DNA of 34,990 nucleotides from a virus (lineage: Duplodnaviria; Caudoviricetes). Under the pieces are notes generated by a model, which saw nothing but the letters and a program-made list of their open reading frames with translations, had not been told where the DNA came from and ran no database searches. Made by a program: the position numbers and the translations under genes. Where the stretch lies: IMG/VR virus record IMGVR_UViG_3300032283_000325, positions 1 through 34,990 of that record; one strand, given 5' to 3'. Positions 16,368-25,018 of the stretch are shown here, one piece after another. Position 1 is the first letter of the stretch. Each line of letters opens with the position of its first letter.

Positions 16368-17173
16368 CAGATTCCCTTCATGCCCATGAGCTTGAGATCG
16401 GCAAGGAACGGCTGATTCATCGCGCCGTAGTCAATCTTGGGATCGGTGTTGCGCTTGATAGCGCGAAGAGAAGTTGCCATATCGGCAAATTTCTGCGCCC
16501 AAACGGACAGAACAATATTCCCGCCAACGGCAGATCCAAACAACCCAGGGCTAACTCCGGGAAGAAAGGAATACAGTTTGGTCAAATCTTGCGCGATGCT
16601 ATTTAGCACCGTTGAAATAATCATGGCGATGTTGGCGGCCAAATCAAAGAGCTTGGGAATGTAATCGCGCATTACTTCCGCCATGTCAGCCACCATCTTG
16701 GTGATGGGACGGAGGAAAATTGCACCAATAGCGCCAAGCGCCGATTTCAATTCTACGAAAGCACGCTCAATGCGACCCACTTCCATCATCTGCGCTCCGA
16801 TAGCGCCGCCGTATTGCATTCCATCTCGGAAACGTGTTGCCACCATCGCAATCTGATTCTGCATCTCGGCAAGCTGGATGCCTGGGCTGTAGTCGCGCAG
16901 ATCATTTGCCACCTCAAGCACAAACCGATTGAGAGCGAGAAGGGCCTTTCCAACCTCCACAGAAGCCTTGTAAAGCGCCCCGAATGCAGCGCCAATTCCT
17001 GCCGCTACGACCGACAATTCCCCAATCAGGGCAACCGTATTTGCGGCCATGCCAAGCTCTTCAGCCGCAGCAGTAGCAGTACCGCCAGCCTTTGCCATAC
17101 CGCTAATGCCTTCGGTTTCGCCACCGCTGCCCTTTTCGTTGATGTCGATGACGATGCGTCCAAGGTCTTGCAT
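16367..17173 (-). CDS. Putative short tape measure protein, 268 aa
   Basis: DLGRIVIDI N-terminus, Ala/Gly-rich amphipathic helices, position downstream of the tail chaperone. Confidence 0.6.
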   Translation of the reverse strand: MQDLGRIVIDINEKGSGGETEGISGMAKAGGTATAAAEELGMAANTVALIGELSVVAAGIGAAFGALYKASVEVGKALLALNRFVLEVANDLRDYSPGIQLAEMQNQIAMVATRFRDGMQYGGAIGAQMMEVGRIERAFVELKSALGAIGAIFLRPITKMVADMAEVMRDYIPKLFDLAANIAMIISTVLNSIAQDLTKLYSFLPGVSPGLFGSAVGGNIVLSVWAQKFADMATSLRAIKRNTDPKIDYGAMNQPFLADLKLMGMKGI

Positions 17174-17175
17174 GG

Positions 17176-17628
17176 TTACAGTCCGTTCTCAAAGGCGCAT
17201 ACGAAGGTCTCCGTGCCGCGCATCCAACCAACCAAGTCCTCGGCTGGCTCAACCTGACCGCCGTTGCGCCAAGTCAGCGCAATGGTCAGAATGCCGTTGA
17301 GGTCGTTCTGATTGAGCAGCACCCGCAGCCCGTCGATGAATTGCTCAATGCCGTTGGACCCAGAGATGCGCTCAGTTGCCCGGTTGACCGGGTCAAGGAG
17401 GCCGCGCCACCACACCACGATGTCGATCTTGGCCTCCTGCAAGCCCACGCCCGACCGCCAATGCAGCGCGGTGTCGCCGCCTGGGATGATCTGTATCGCG
17501 TACTGCGCGATGGTCTCATCGCTCGGCCGCTCCGACAGGTACACGGCGCTGCCATAGCCCTCGGTCACCATCCAGTTGGCAATCTCGGTCAGGAGCGCAT
17601 TCCACACCGCTGCGTTCTGCGTAGCCAT
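17176..17628 (-). CDS. Putative tail completion/terminator-like protein
   Basis: 150 aa with an alpha/beta pattern typical of tail terminators; atypical gene position. Confidence 0.5.
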   Translation of the reverse strand: MATQNAAVWNALLTEIANWMVTEGYGSAVYLSERPSDETIAQYAIQIIPGGDTALHWRSGVGLQEAKIDIVVWWRGLLDPVNRATERISGSNGIEQFIDGLRVLLNQNDLNGILTIALTWRNGGQVEPAEDLVGWMRGTETFVCAFENGL

Positions 17629-18142
17629 CAGCCCACCGCCTTCTGATGCTCGAGGTTCATGCGGATACGGAAGGCGAGGTCGGCATCCCCGGTAGCAAGC
17701 GCCACCGTCTGCTGCGCCACCTCTGCCGATCCCAACGCCATAGCGATGGCCCGTGCCTGAACGATGCTCTGCCTCGCCTCAATCATGGGAATGTTCTGCG
17801 CGAGGCCCATAGCAGTCTCCGGGTCAAAGTCGGTGGGAGGCCGCCCATAGGTCGCCAAGAACACGGCGGCCTCCCGTGTCAGTTTCCCGCGTTCTGTACC
17901 GCCTTGCCCAACCGGGCAAAGACCGCAAACAGCACCTCGTCGGCGGCCTGCTGGGCCACCTCGGGGGTGCGTGCCACGGCCCGGATCGCGTTGGCAATGT
18001 CGGCCACGGTCGGCTGTTCGCCGCCGGCAATGCTGCGCTTCTGCACGGAGGCCACTAGCTCGTTCCATTGGATCACGAGCGCACCCGTGGGGATGGTCAC
18101 GCGGAACAGCATCGGGTCGTTTTCTTCGTTCAAGTCGATCAT
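17628..18142 (-). CDS. Tail assembly chaperone: 87-aa G form (17879..18142) plus a -1 frameshifted GT form
   Basis: Slippery heptamer G GGA AAC (17888-17882) just before TGA; the -1 frame stays open (GKLTREAAVF...) to 17628. Confidence 0.85.
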
Positions 18143-18630
18143 GTGGTAGCCGAGGTGGCAAGAATGTTGGTGGACGGGGTCGGGATCGCCTTGAAGGTCA
18201 GCCCAAGACGCTGCTCCACGTTGCCGAAGTTGCTGTGGTTGATGGCATCACCCATGATCATGCACGTTGCGAACGTGTACGAGGTCTTGCCAGCCGTCAG
18301 GGGCAGGATCTTCACCCCGAACGTGCCGCTGCCGTTGATGAGCAGGCGGCCCACCGTAGTGGTGTATTCCGCGCCGCGCTCCCGCACGGCCAAGGCCGTC
18401 AGGTTGGCCGCGTCCCACTTGACCAGGGTGCAGGAGATGACCGCCGTGGTGTTCTGAAGCACCATTTCCTCCGGCACAGCGCCCGAGGCCACGGTCTTGA
18501 TCTCGTGGACGTTGTCGGTGTAGGTGATCTGCGGAAGGCTGTCGTTGTCGGTCAGTCCGAGGTCAACGTAGCCAGCTCCCAAGTTCACTTGGATTTTGGT
18601 TGGTCCTGCGACGAAAATTGCGGTAGCCAT
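18139..18630 (-). CDS. Major tail tube protein
   Basis: 163 aa, VDLGLTD motif, directly upstream of the frameshifting chaperone. Confidence 0.75.
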   Translation of the reverse strand: MATAIFVAGPTKIQVNLGAGYVDLGLTDNDSLPQITYTDNVHEIKTVASGAVPEEMVLQNTTAVISCTLVKWDAANLTALAVRERGAEYTTTVGRLLINGSGTFGVKILPLTAGKTSYTFATCMIMGDAINHSNFGNVEQRLGLTFKAIPTPSTNILATSATT

Positions 18631-19316
18631 CAGCTTCTTCCTTTCAGGATTCGGGCGAGGCCTAGTCTAATCGACTTTCCGATCTCTCCCCATTCATCGT
18701 TGGTAGGAATCATAAACGGTCGCTTGGGGACGGTCACGCCCTGCCAAGCCATCACGAAGTCCTTGCCGCGCACCAACCCCTCCTTGGTCGGGTTGTTGCC
18801 CGTGGCGTGCGAACGCTTGCCTTTGCGCGTCAGCGGGATGTAGTTCGGGCCGCTGGTCTCAAACCCAAGCTCGTGGAAGATCGCGTGCAGCGGGCCGTAC
18901 AGGATGATCGAAACGCCGTTGCCGCCCGTCTGCCCCTTTGCGTTCATCTCCCGCATCATCTGCCCGGTGTCGCGCAGGGGCTTCCCGCCAGCGCGATAGG
19001 ACTCGCCTGTGACGAGGTATTCCTTGACCGTCGTGGGCTTCGCCACGGTCTTGCCGTTCTTCATCTTGCGCTGTCGAACCACGACCGTTTCCCGCGTGGC
19101 CTTGATGGCCGCGGAGTCCTTCGGCTTGGTCGTGGTCCAGTATTCGCCCTTCACGGCCGCCAAGGGCTGCAAGGCCGTTTCCCCGCCGCTCTCGTCCCGG
19201 CCGCGGCTCGTTGCAATGTGCTGCTTCGCGTAGCGGCCTACGAGGGTGGCGATGCCGTTGACCACCGCGGGGTCGCGCAGCGCTTTGGCAACGCGCTTGC
19301 CCCAATCGGAAGCCAT
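18630..19316 (-). CDS. Phage virion morphogenesis protein (Mu gpG / P2 gpS-like)
   Basis: PLRDTGQM, AIFHELG and VPKRPFM motifs. Confidence 0.8.
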   Translation of the reverse strand: MASDWGKRVAKALRDPAVVNGIATLVGRYAKQHIATSRGRDESGGETALQPLAAVKGEYWTTTKPKDSAAIKATRETVVVRQRKMKNGKTVAKPTTVKEYLVTGESYRAGGKPLRDTGQMMREMNAKGQTGGNGVSIILYGPLHAIFHELGFETSGPNYIPLTRKGKRSHATGNNPTKEGLVRGKDFVMAWQGVTVPKRPFMIPTNDEWGEIGKSIRLGLARILKGRS

Positions 19317-19810
19317 TAGCCGCCCCGGTAGATGTTCGGGGCGCGAGGACGGAAGAACGCGCTGCTGCTCACGTTGTTGTACCAGGCGAGGTTGTTGATC
19401 GGCACAACGGCCACCTCACACACGCCGGCATCGGCGGCCTTGGCAACCGCTCCGAAGATCATCTTGCCGTCCCGCAGCGCCTCGAGCATGGCACGGGCCT
19501 GGGTCACCCGCGCCTCCACGGCCGGGGTGATCTTCATGGCGCGGCGCTGGAACAGCATCTCGGTCGCCAAGTCCACCGTCAGCATCACGAGGAGGCCGTC
19601 ATTGGCGGCCGCCAGCGCGTTCAGGTCGGTGTCCGTGTAGATGTTCCCCACGCGGGCATACGCCTGCACCACGCTGCTGGCGCGTTGCAGGATGGTGTCC
19701 ACGAGGCAGTTCGCGCCGGGGTTGTTGCTGCCCGTATCGCTTGAGAGCTGCGCGATGATGTTGGCATCAAGCGATGACTCAAGTTCCGCATAGCCGGCGT
19801 ACTGTGGCAT
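19316..19810 (-). CDS. Head-tail adaptor, Mu gp36/DUF1320-like
   Basis: YAGYAEL...AQLSSD...LEALRDGK pattern; follows the capsid gene. Confidence 0.8.
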   Translation of the reverse strand: MPQYAGYAELESSLDANIIAQLSSDTGSNNPGANCLVDTILQRASSVVQAYARVGNIYTDTDLNALAAANDGLLVMLTVDLATEMLFQRRAMKITPAVEARVTQARAMLEALRDGKMIFGAVAKAADAGVCEVAVVPINNLAWYNNVSSSAFFRPRAPNIYRGG

Positions 19811-19831
19811 GGTGTCCCCTTATGCGAACAC

Positions 19832-19863
19832 GGGGGGGCAGGAATCGAAACTCCTGCCCCCCC
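19832..19863 (-). terminator. Strong hairpin after the major capsid gene (terminator or stabiliser)
   Basis: GGGGGGGCAGGAG-TTTCGA-TTCCTGCCCCCCC; weak U-tract, suggesting partial read-through. Confidence 0.7.
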
Positions 19864-19883
19864 ATGACTGTGGCGAACAAACG

Positions 19884-20924
19884 TCAGGTCGTGACATCAA
19901 GCACCAGCACGCCGGACACCGGGGCAACCAGTTCCGAGGTGCTGTTGTCGATCACGCGGCCTTCGATGCGACGATCACGCGGATCGTCCCAGTTCTCAAC
20001 AGTCATGTCCTCAAAAGCGAAGATCTGACAGGTGGAGAACGAGGTGGAGCCTTCCACGCCCACCAAGCCACCCGGACGGCTCACGAACACGGCCGAGTTG
20101 CCGTAGACGAAGGAGCGGGTGGTGCTGGCAGCACCCTTGCGGGTAGTGACCTTCACGCTGTCATCGACCACGACCTGCACGCCGAACAGGTTCGGCGGGA
20201 GGCCGTACTTGGCGAAGACATCGTTACCCTGGAGGAAGGGCAGAGCGGCCGGGTAGTTCTTGACGTAGTTCCGAACTTCTTCGGTCTGCGACAGCAGATT
20301 GGCAATCGTGGGCGAGATCACCATCATGATGTCGGTCTCGCCACGCACCGCGCCGCCCGTGGCAAGCGAGATGCGCTGAAGGGCGGTCTGAATGCCCTTC
20401 TGAATGATGTTGGTCGAAGATGCGGTCCATGAAGCACCCGAGATCGCCGTTCCGGTCGCGTAGTAGTTGCCCACGTTGTTGAACGAGGTCTGCGCTGCGC
20501 TGCCCACGAGGGCGGTCGCGGTACGCATGGAGCGAGCCGTCATGGCGAGCTGCGCCTTCGCACGAGCGTGCTGGGCGACAACGTCCCACGCGGCCTGCTT
20601 CACGGTCTCGTTCGGGATGTAGAACGGGTAGGCGAAGCGAGCAGCGGTGAACGCCACGAAGTCGTGCTGGTTCATCTTGCCGACCGGGCGGTCATTGCCC
20701 AGGGGCCAAGCGAACTCGTTCACATCAGTCACGCGGACGTTGTCGTCCGAGTCAAGACGGAGGTAGTAGCCCGTCATCTGCTGGGTGGGAACGATCTGCG
20801 CGTACTTCGTGATGGGGAAGGTGTTCACCGCACGGGTGAATTCAACCTGGAGAGCGCCCGTTGCGAGGGCATTGGTGGAGGGGACGAACGTATTCAGTCC
20901 GCCACCGACTGCGACATAACTCAT
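19884..20924 (-). CDS. Major capsid protein (HK97 fold expected)
   Basis: 346 aa, strong AAGGAGG SD, strongly biased codons, follows scaffold and cement genes, hairpin after it. Confidence 0.85.
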   Translation of the reverse strand: MSYVAVGGGLNTFVPSTNALATGALQVEFTRAVNTFPITKYAQIVPTQQMTGYYLRLDSDDNVRVTDVNEFAWPLGNDRPVGKMNQHDFVAFTAARFAYPFYIPNETVKQAAWDVVAQHARAKAQLAMTARSMRTATALVGSAAQTSFNNVGNYYATGTAISGASWTASSTNIIQKGIQTALQRISLATGGAVRGETDIMMVISPTIANLLSQTEEVRNYVKNYPAALPFLQGNDVFAKYGLPPNLFGVQVVVDDSVKVTTRKGAASTTRSFVYGNSAVFVSRPGGLVGVEGSTSFSTCQIFAFEDMTVENWDDPRDRRIEGRVIDNSTSELVAPVSGVLVLDVTT

Positions 20925-20950
20925 GGTGAGACCTCCTTAGGGTCAGGGAA

Positions 20951-21340
20951 TCAGAGCGCCTTGGTGGCGGGGAGACGGTAAGCCCAGAAGATCGCGCCAA
21001 CCGACGCGTCCTCGAGAGCAACGAACAGGGGAACATCGCCGCTCGTGGACGTACCAACGGCTGCGCCAGCGGTCGTTGCCTTGAGAGCAAGACCAGCGGT
21101 GATGGCCGTGGAGCCGTTGCACTTGAGCTGCACGCAGTTGGACGGCTGGAGGCTGATCGGGTCGCCCGAAGCCGCGTGGAGCGCGGAGTCAAAACGCTTG
21201 GTCGAACCGTCAGCAGCGCCGACAACGTAGTCAGCAGCAGCGGTGGAAGCCGCGCCCGTGAATGCCGTGGTGGACATCTTCACGATGGCGTAGGGGTTGA
21301 TGTCGCCGCCTGCGATGAGATTGGGGGAGAACTGAAGCAT
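20951..21340 (-). CDS. Capsid cement/decoration protein (DUF2190-like)
   Basis: 129 aa, Ala/Gly-rich, AITAGLALKATTAGAAV...VALEDAS; between scaffold and capsid genes. Confidence 0.8.
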   Translation of the reverse strand: MLQFSPNLIAGGDINPYAIVKMSTTAFTGAASTAAADYVVGAADGSTKRFDSALHAASGDPISLQPSNCVQLKCNGSTAITAGLALKATTAGAAVGTSTSGDVPLFVALEDASVGAIFWAYRLPATKAL

Positions 21341-21361
21341 TTCTGTAGTGTCCTTCTGCGA

Positions 21362-21985
21362 TTAACGCTTGATGCGGGAGTTGATGGCCTTGGCGAACTC
21401 TTCCGGCTTGCCAGCGAATTCCTTGACCAACGAGGAGATGTCGCCACCGCTGACGGTCTTCGGCATGGCCGCACGGCTCATGTCGATCTTCGCGCCGATG
21501 GGGTCACGGGAGAACAGGGAGCGCCACGACTCAAGCAGGGCGACCGGGTCGTTGCTGGCCTGGAGCTGAGTCATCAGGTTGTCGCGCTGCGACTCGGGGA
21601 TGCGGTAGCCGTCCTGCTCGAGAATGTCGATCTCGCGGGAGAACTTCTCGCGGCGGATCTCGGCCTCAAGGCGCTCCATGCGGGACTTCAGGCGGGCGTT
21701 CTCCGAACGCAGCGAGTAGGTCGAACGGGCAGCGACCACGGGCATGGCCTCTTCCTCTTCCTCGTCAATCGAATCCGGCGCATTGCCGTGCGAGCCGATG
21801 TCGATGTGGACGCCGTCCTCGGCATTCTTGGACTTGTATTCCATGTCCGTCATGGTCTCGGCGGACATCTCGTCCTTCTCTTCCTTGGACTCGTCCTCAC
21901 CGAACTTCTTCTTCATCATGTCAGCGAGTTCGCCGATGGCGCACTTCATCGCCTCAAGCTCTTCGCGGTAATCGTTGGATGCCAT
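21362..21985 (-). CDS. Nested scaffold protein from an internal start (MASNDYREELE...)
   Basis: In-frame ATG at 21985 preceded by AAGGAGG; analogous to Mu I/Z and lambda C/Nu3. Confidence 0.7.
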   Translation of the reverse strand: MASNDYREELEAMKCAIGELADMMKKKFGEDESKEEKDEMSAETMTDMEYKSKNAEDGVHIDIGSHGNAPDSIDEEEEEAMPVVAARSTYSLRSENARLKSRMERLEAEIRREKFSREIDILEQDGYRIPESQRDNLMTQLQASNDPVALLESWRSLFSRDPIGAKIDMSRAAMPKTVSGGDISSLVKEFAGKPEEFAKAINSRIKR

Positions 21986-22873
21986 TGAGGCTTCCTCCTT
22001 GGTGGTCGCCGGGACAAAGGTGTTGAGTCCGCCTCCGACCCCGGCGAGGTCGAAGTTTGACTTGGAACAAGTGATCTTCTTTCCCTCGCGGGCGAAGTGA
22101 GTATCAGGCAACGGCCGGCGCGGGGTCTCGCGGCCCAGCAGGGCCACTTCCGACAGGTGGTTCGATTCAGCCCAAATCTCTGCCGACCGACGCGGGAACG
22201 CGTTGGTTGCAATGAGGCTGTCGAAGATGGGCTTGTTCACCTCCATGTCTCCCACAATGTAACCGATGCCATTGCGTTCTTCGTAATTGATCGAAGGAAT
22301 TCTGCCCACGGCGCTCTTCGGCTCGTCCCCGTTCTTCTCGTGCATGACCACGACCTGGGGGAAGGAGCCACGCGCCATGTGGGCGCGGGTGGCGCGCACG
22401 ATGGACTTCAGGCGCTCGTTGTTGAACCGCTTCAGCTCCGGGTCGGACTCGCCATCGTCAATAGCCGGGTCGAACGCCATGAACAGCTCCACGCGCTCAA
22501 TCTTGATCTTCTCGCCGTCTTCCTGCACGCTGTGCGATGCCTTGCTATTCATGGTCTTGTCCTCCTTGCGGTCAAGTTCCTCGCTCTTGCGGTCGGCCCA
22601 CGCCTTGCCGGCATCGCCACCCCACAGAAGCCACGCGATATACCCGGCAGAATCCTTGCCCCAACCCTCGCCCTTCTTGTCCACCTCGTGGCGGGCGAAG
22701 TAGGAGTTCATCCGGCGCACCGTGTCGGGGGACAGGTTCTTGCGGTTCTTGATGTCCCGCGCTCGAGCAACGCCGACCTCCGTGCCGCCACGGCCGTGCT
22801 TCTCGCGCAGCGCCAGCCCGCGCTCGGCGTTGGCGGCCATCTCTTCGGTTGGCTTGAGGTCGATTTCGCTCAT
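21362..22873 (-). CDS. Prohead protease-scaffold fusion (Mu gpI-like) with an extra N-terminal domain
   Basis: VVMHEK, PRRSAEI and EVALLG protease-like motifs; acidic, coiled-coil C-terminal half. Confidence 0.8.
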   Translation of the reverse strand: MSEIDLKPTEEMAANAERGLALREKHGRGGTEVGVARARDIKNRKNLSPDTVRRMNSYFARHEVDKKGEGWGKDSAGYIAWLLWGGDAGKAWADRKSEELDRKEDKTMNSKASHSVQEDGEKIKIERVELFMAFDPAIDDGESDPELKRFNNERLKSIVRATRAHMARGSFPQVVVMHEKNGDEPKSAVGRIPSINYEERNGIGYIVGDMEVNKPIFDSLIATNAFPRRSAEIWAESNHLSEVALLGRETPRRPLPDTHFAREGKKITCSKSNFDLAGVGGGLNTFVPATTKEEASMASNDYREELEAMKCAIGELADMMKKKFGEDESKEEKDEMSAETMTDMEYKSKNAEDGVHIDIGSHGNAPDSIDEEEEEAMPVVAARSTYSLRSENARLKSRMERLEAEIRREKFSREIDILEQDGYRIPESQRDNLMTQLQASNDPVALLESWRSLFSRDPIGAKIDMSRAAMPKTVSGGDISSLVKEFAGKPEEFAKAINSRIKR

Positions 22874-24621
22874 GTCGCGGCCATCAGGGAACTAATGACA
22901 AGATTTGCCAATGCGGTGTAGCCATCAGAAGTGTCCTTAGTTGATCCCGTATAGGTTCCACCGGACAGATGAATGGTGATATCAGAGCCAGCATTCGGCA
23001 AGTTGTTGTATCGCTGGTAATACGCACGACCGTTGCCGACACCCGTGATGTTCTGCGTATATGTCAGCAGCTTCTTTACATCCACCACGGTCATGTCCGT
23101 GTAGGTAGTTGGCATCGTGTTGGCTGCGGTACGGATCGTGGCAAGGTTGCCTGTGCTTCCCGAATTGCTTGTGTCCGTGGAGTTCGGAACATGGGAAACG
23201 AATGACACCCATGCAAGATCGGCAGCGGGATATCCAAGCGCAGCCCATGCAGTCTTGTAGGTATTCCACACATCAAGATGTGCAGTCTGCCAGGTCGAAG
23301 TTGTGTCTGCTCCGTTGATACCAGAGTGCATCATCAACAGCACGCGACCTGATCCTGTTGCAGCAATTTGTCGAGCGCGCAATTCCTGCAAATGGACTTG
23401 CAAGGCACTTGATCCAATTCCCGACATCACCGAGTCAATCGTTGTGCTATCAGCTCCGCTCATGTATCCGTGACTATGAACCGACCAACCCTTGCGCTGA
23501 CAGTAGATGCTATGTCCGTGAATTGCTACTGGGCCAACCGCACCACGACTTCCAGCAACCGTTCCGCCTCCAAAACACGCTGCTTCAATTTGAGCTGCAC
23601 CGCTTGGAGTGAACGAATACTCAGTAGTTGCAACACTATTGGCGTTGCCTGTGTTGGTGTTGACCACCGAATTCGTTGCGATTGTTGAACCGCCAAAGTT
23701 GCGAACGGCAGCACGGAAATATCCGCTGCCCGTGCTGAAGGTTCCCCACCGAATTCGATGAATAAGTGTCAGCGATGTATTGAAAAGCGGATGAGATGTC
23801 TCAATATAAACCTGGGGATACCAATTCCAATATTCTGCGCCGCTGATGTATGCCCAACCATCCTTCGCACTCGGATAAGTTCCGTATCTCGTCCAAGCTG
23901 TTCCTGGAGTCCAGTAAGCGTAATTGGTTGCGCCTCCGCTGGTGTTTCCATTCAACAGCGTCCCTCTTGGCTGATAGACATAAGCCGAGCCAAGCCATCC
24001 ACCCGTGTTGGTGTCAACAGCCCAATCGGTCATTGTGTGCGAGTACGGAGTTCCATAGATTGGATAGCCGCGATCATTCAGCGTCTGCGAGAATCCGTTG
24101 TGATAACCCCAAAATCCTGAAAGCGCACTTCCCGTATTGCTGTCACCAATAATGACAACATCAAGGCTATCCGTGCCGGAAGCAAGGTCTTTGAGGAATA
24201 AACCCGCACGGTTGCTTCCATACACAATCGGCCCAGGCTCGGCAACCTCAACCGAACCCACGCGCTGCGCCCACAAGATTTCTCCGCTGCTGGCTGCCTC
24301 GCAGGCCACAAACTGAATGCGAGTCGTTGCGGTAATCACCGCGCCATTGGTGGTCGGGCAAAGACCGTCACCAATGGCGATGGTTCCGCCAGCGCGGAGC
24401 TGAAGGAATTCGCTGTTCTGAAGCACGACCGGGTCGCCGGCAATGGCGTGATCCGTGCTGGCAAAGCGCCGCGTGCTGCCGTCCGTCACACCAAGCACAA
24501 TGTCAGTTTCGGCGGTAGCCACCACGACCTTGAACGGGTCGGTGGTGGTTGCTTCCACGCACGAGAACGGCAGGATGGTTCCTGCGGCGGTGAAGTTCGG
24601 AGTGTGTCCTGCGATGCCCAT
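22870..24621 (-). CDS. Cement-domain / SGNH(GDSL)-hydrolase-like fusion protein
   Basis: N-terminal ~125 aa paralogous to the cement proteins; IIGDSN, SGING and DITIHL blocks. Confidence 0.75.
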   Translation of the reverse strand: MGIAGHTPNFTAAGTILPFSCVEATTTDPFKVVVATAETDIVLGVTDGSTRRFASTDHAIAGDPVVLQNSEFLQLRAGGTIAIGDGLCPTTNGAVITATTRIQFVACEAASSGEILWAQRVGSVEVAEPGPIVYGSNRAGLFLKDLASGTDSLDVVIIGDSNTGSALSGFWGYHNGFSQTLNDRGYPIYGTPYSHTMTDWAVDTNTGGWLGSAYVYQPRGTLLNGNTSGGATNYAYWTPGTAWTRYGTYPSAKDGWAYISGAEYWNWYPQVYIETSHPLFNTSLTLIHRIRWGTFSTGSGYFRAAVRNFGGSTIATNSVVNTNTGNANSVATTEYSFTPSGAAQIEAACFGGGTVAGSRGAVGPVAIHGHSIYCQRKGWSVHSHGYMSGADSTTIDSVMSGIGSSALQVHLQELRARQIAATGSGRVLLMMHSGINGADTTSTWQTAHLDVWNTYKTAWAALGYPAADLAWVSFVSHVPNSTDTSNSGSTGNLATIRTAANTMPTTYTDMTVVDVKKLLTYTQNITGVGNGRAYYQRYNNLPNAGSDITIHLSGGTYTGSTKDTSDGYTALANLVISSLMAAT

Positions 24622-24624
24622 ATG

Positions 24625-25011
24625 TCAAATCTCCCAGGTCTGAACGCGGAAGGCCCAAAGAATTTCACCGCTAGCGGCATTGTCGCACGCTTGGAGGAAC
24701 GCACGTTCCCCCGTACCAATCTTCTCCACAAGGCCAGCCGTGGATGCCTTGAGGAGATCACCGACCACGATGGTCCCGTTGGACTGCACCTGGACAAAGC
24801 GGCTGTTCTGAAGGCTGATCGTGCCGCCTGCTGCCGCGTGTTCGGTGGAGTCAAAGGCCCGCGTAGATCCGTCCGTAACGCCGAGAACGATGTGAGCCGG
24901 ATCGGTGGCCGGGATGGCCGTGAACGCCGCGCTGGTACTCATCCGCACTACCCGAAACGGGTAGACGGTCGATCCTGCCTTGAAGTTGGGGACGTAGCCT
25001 GCGGTTCCCAT
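24625..25011 (-). CDS. Second capsid cement paralog
   Basis: Shares PN...DGST.RF/AFDS..HA..G..ISLQ.S..VQ...W with 20951..21340. Confidence 0.8.
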   Translation of the reverse strand: MGTAGYVPNFKAGSTVYPFRVVRMSTSAAFTAIPATDPAHIVLGVTDGSTRAFDSTEHAAAGGTISLQNSRFVQVQSNGTIVVGDLLKASTAGLVEKIGTGERAFLQACDNAASGEILWAFRVQTWEI

Positions 25012-25018
25012 TAGATCC

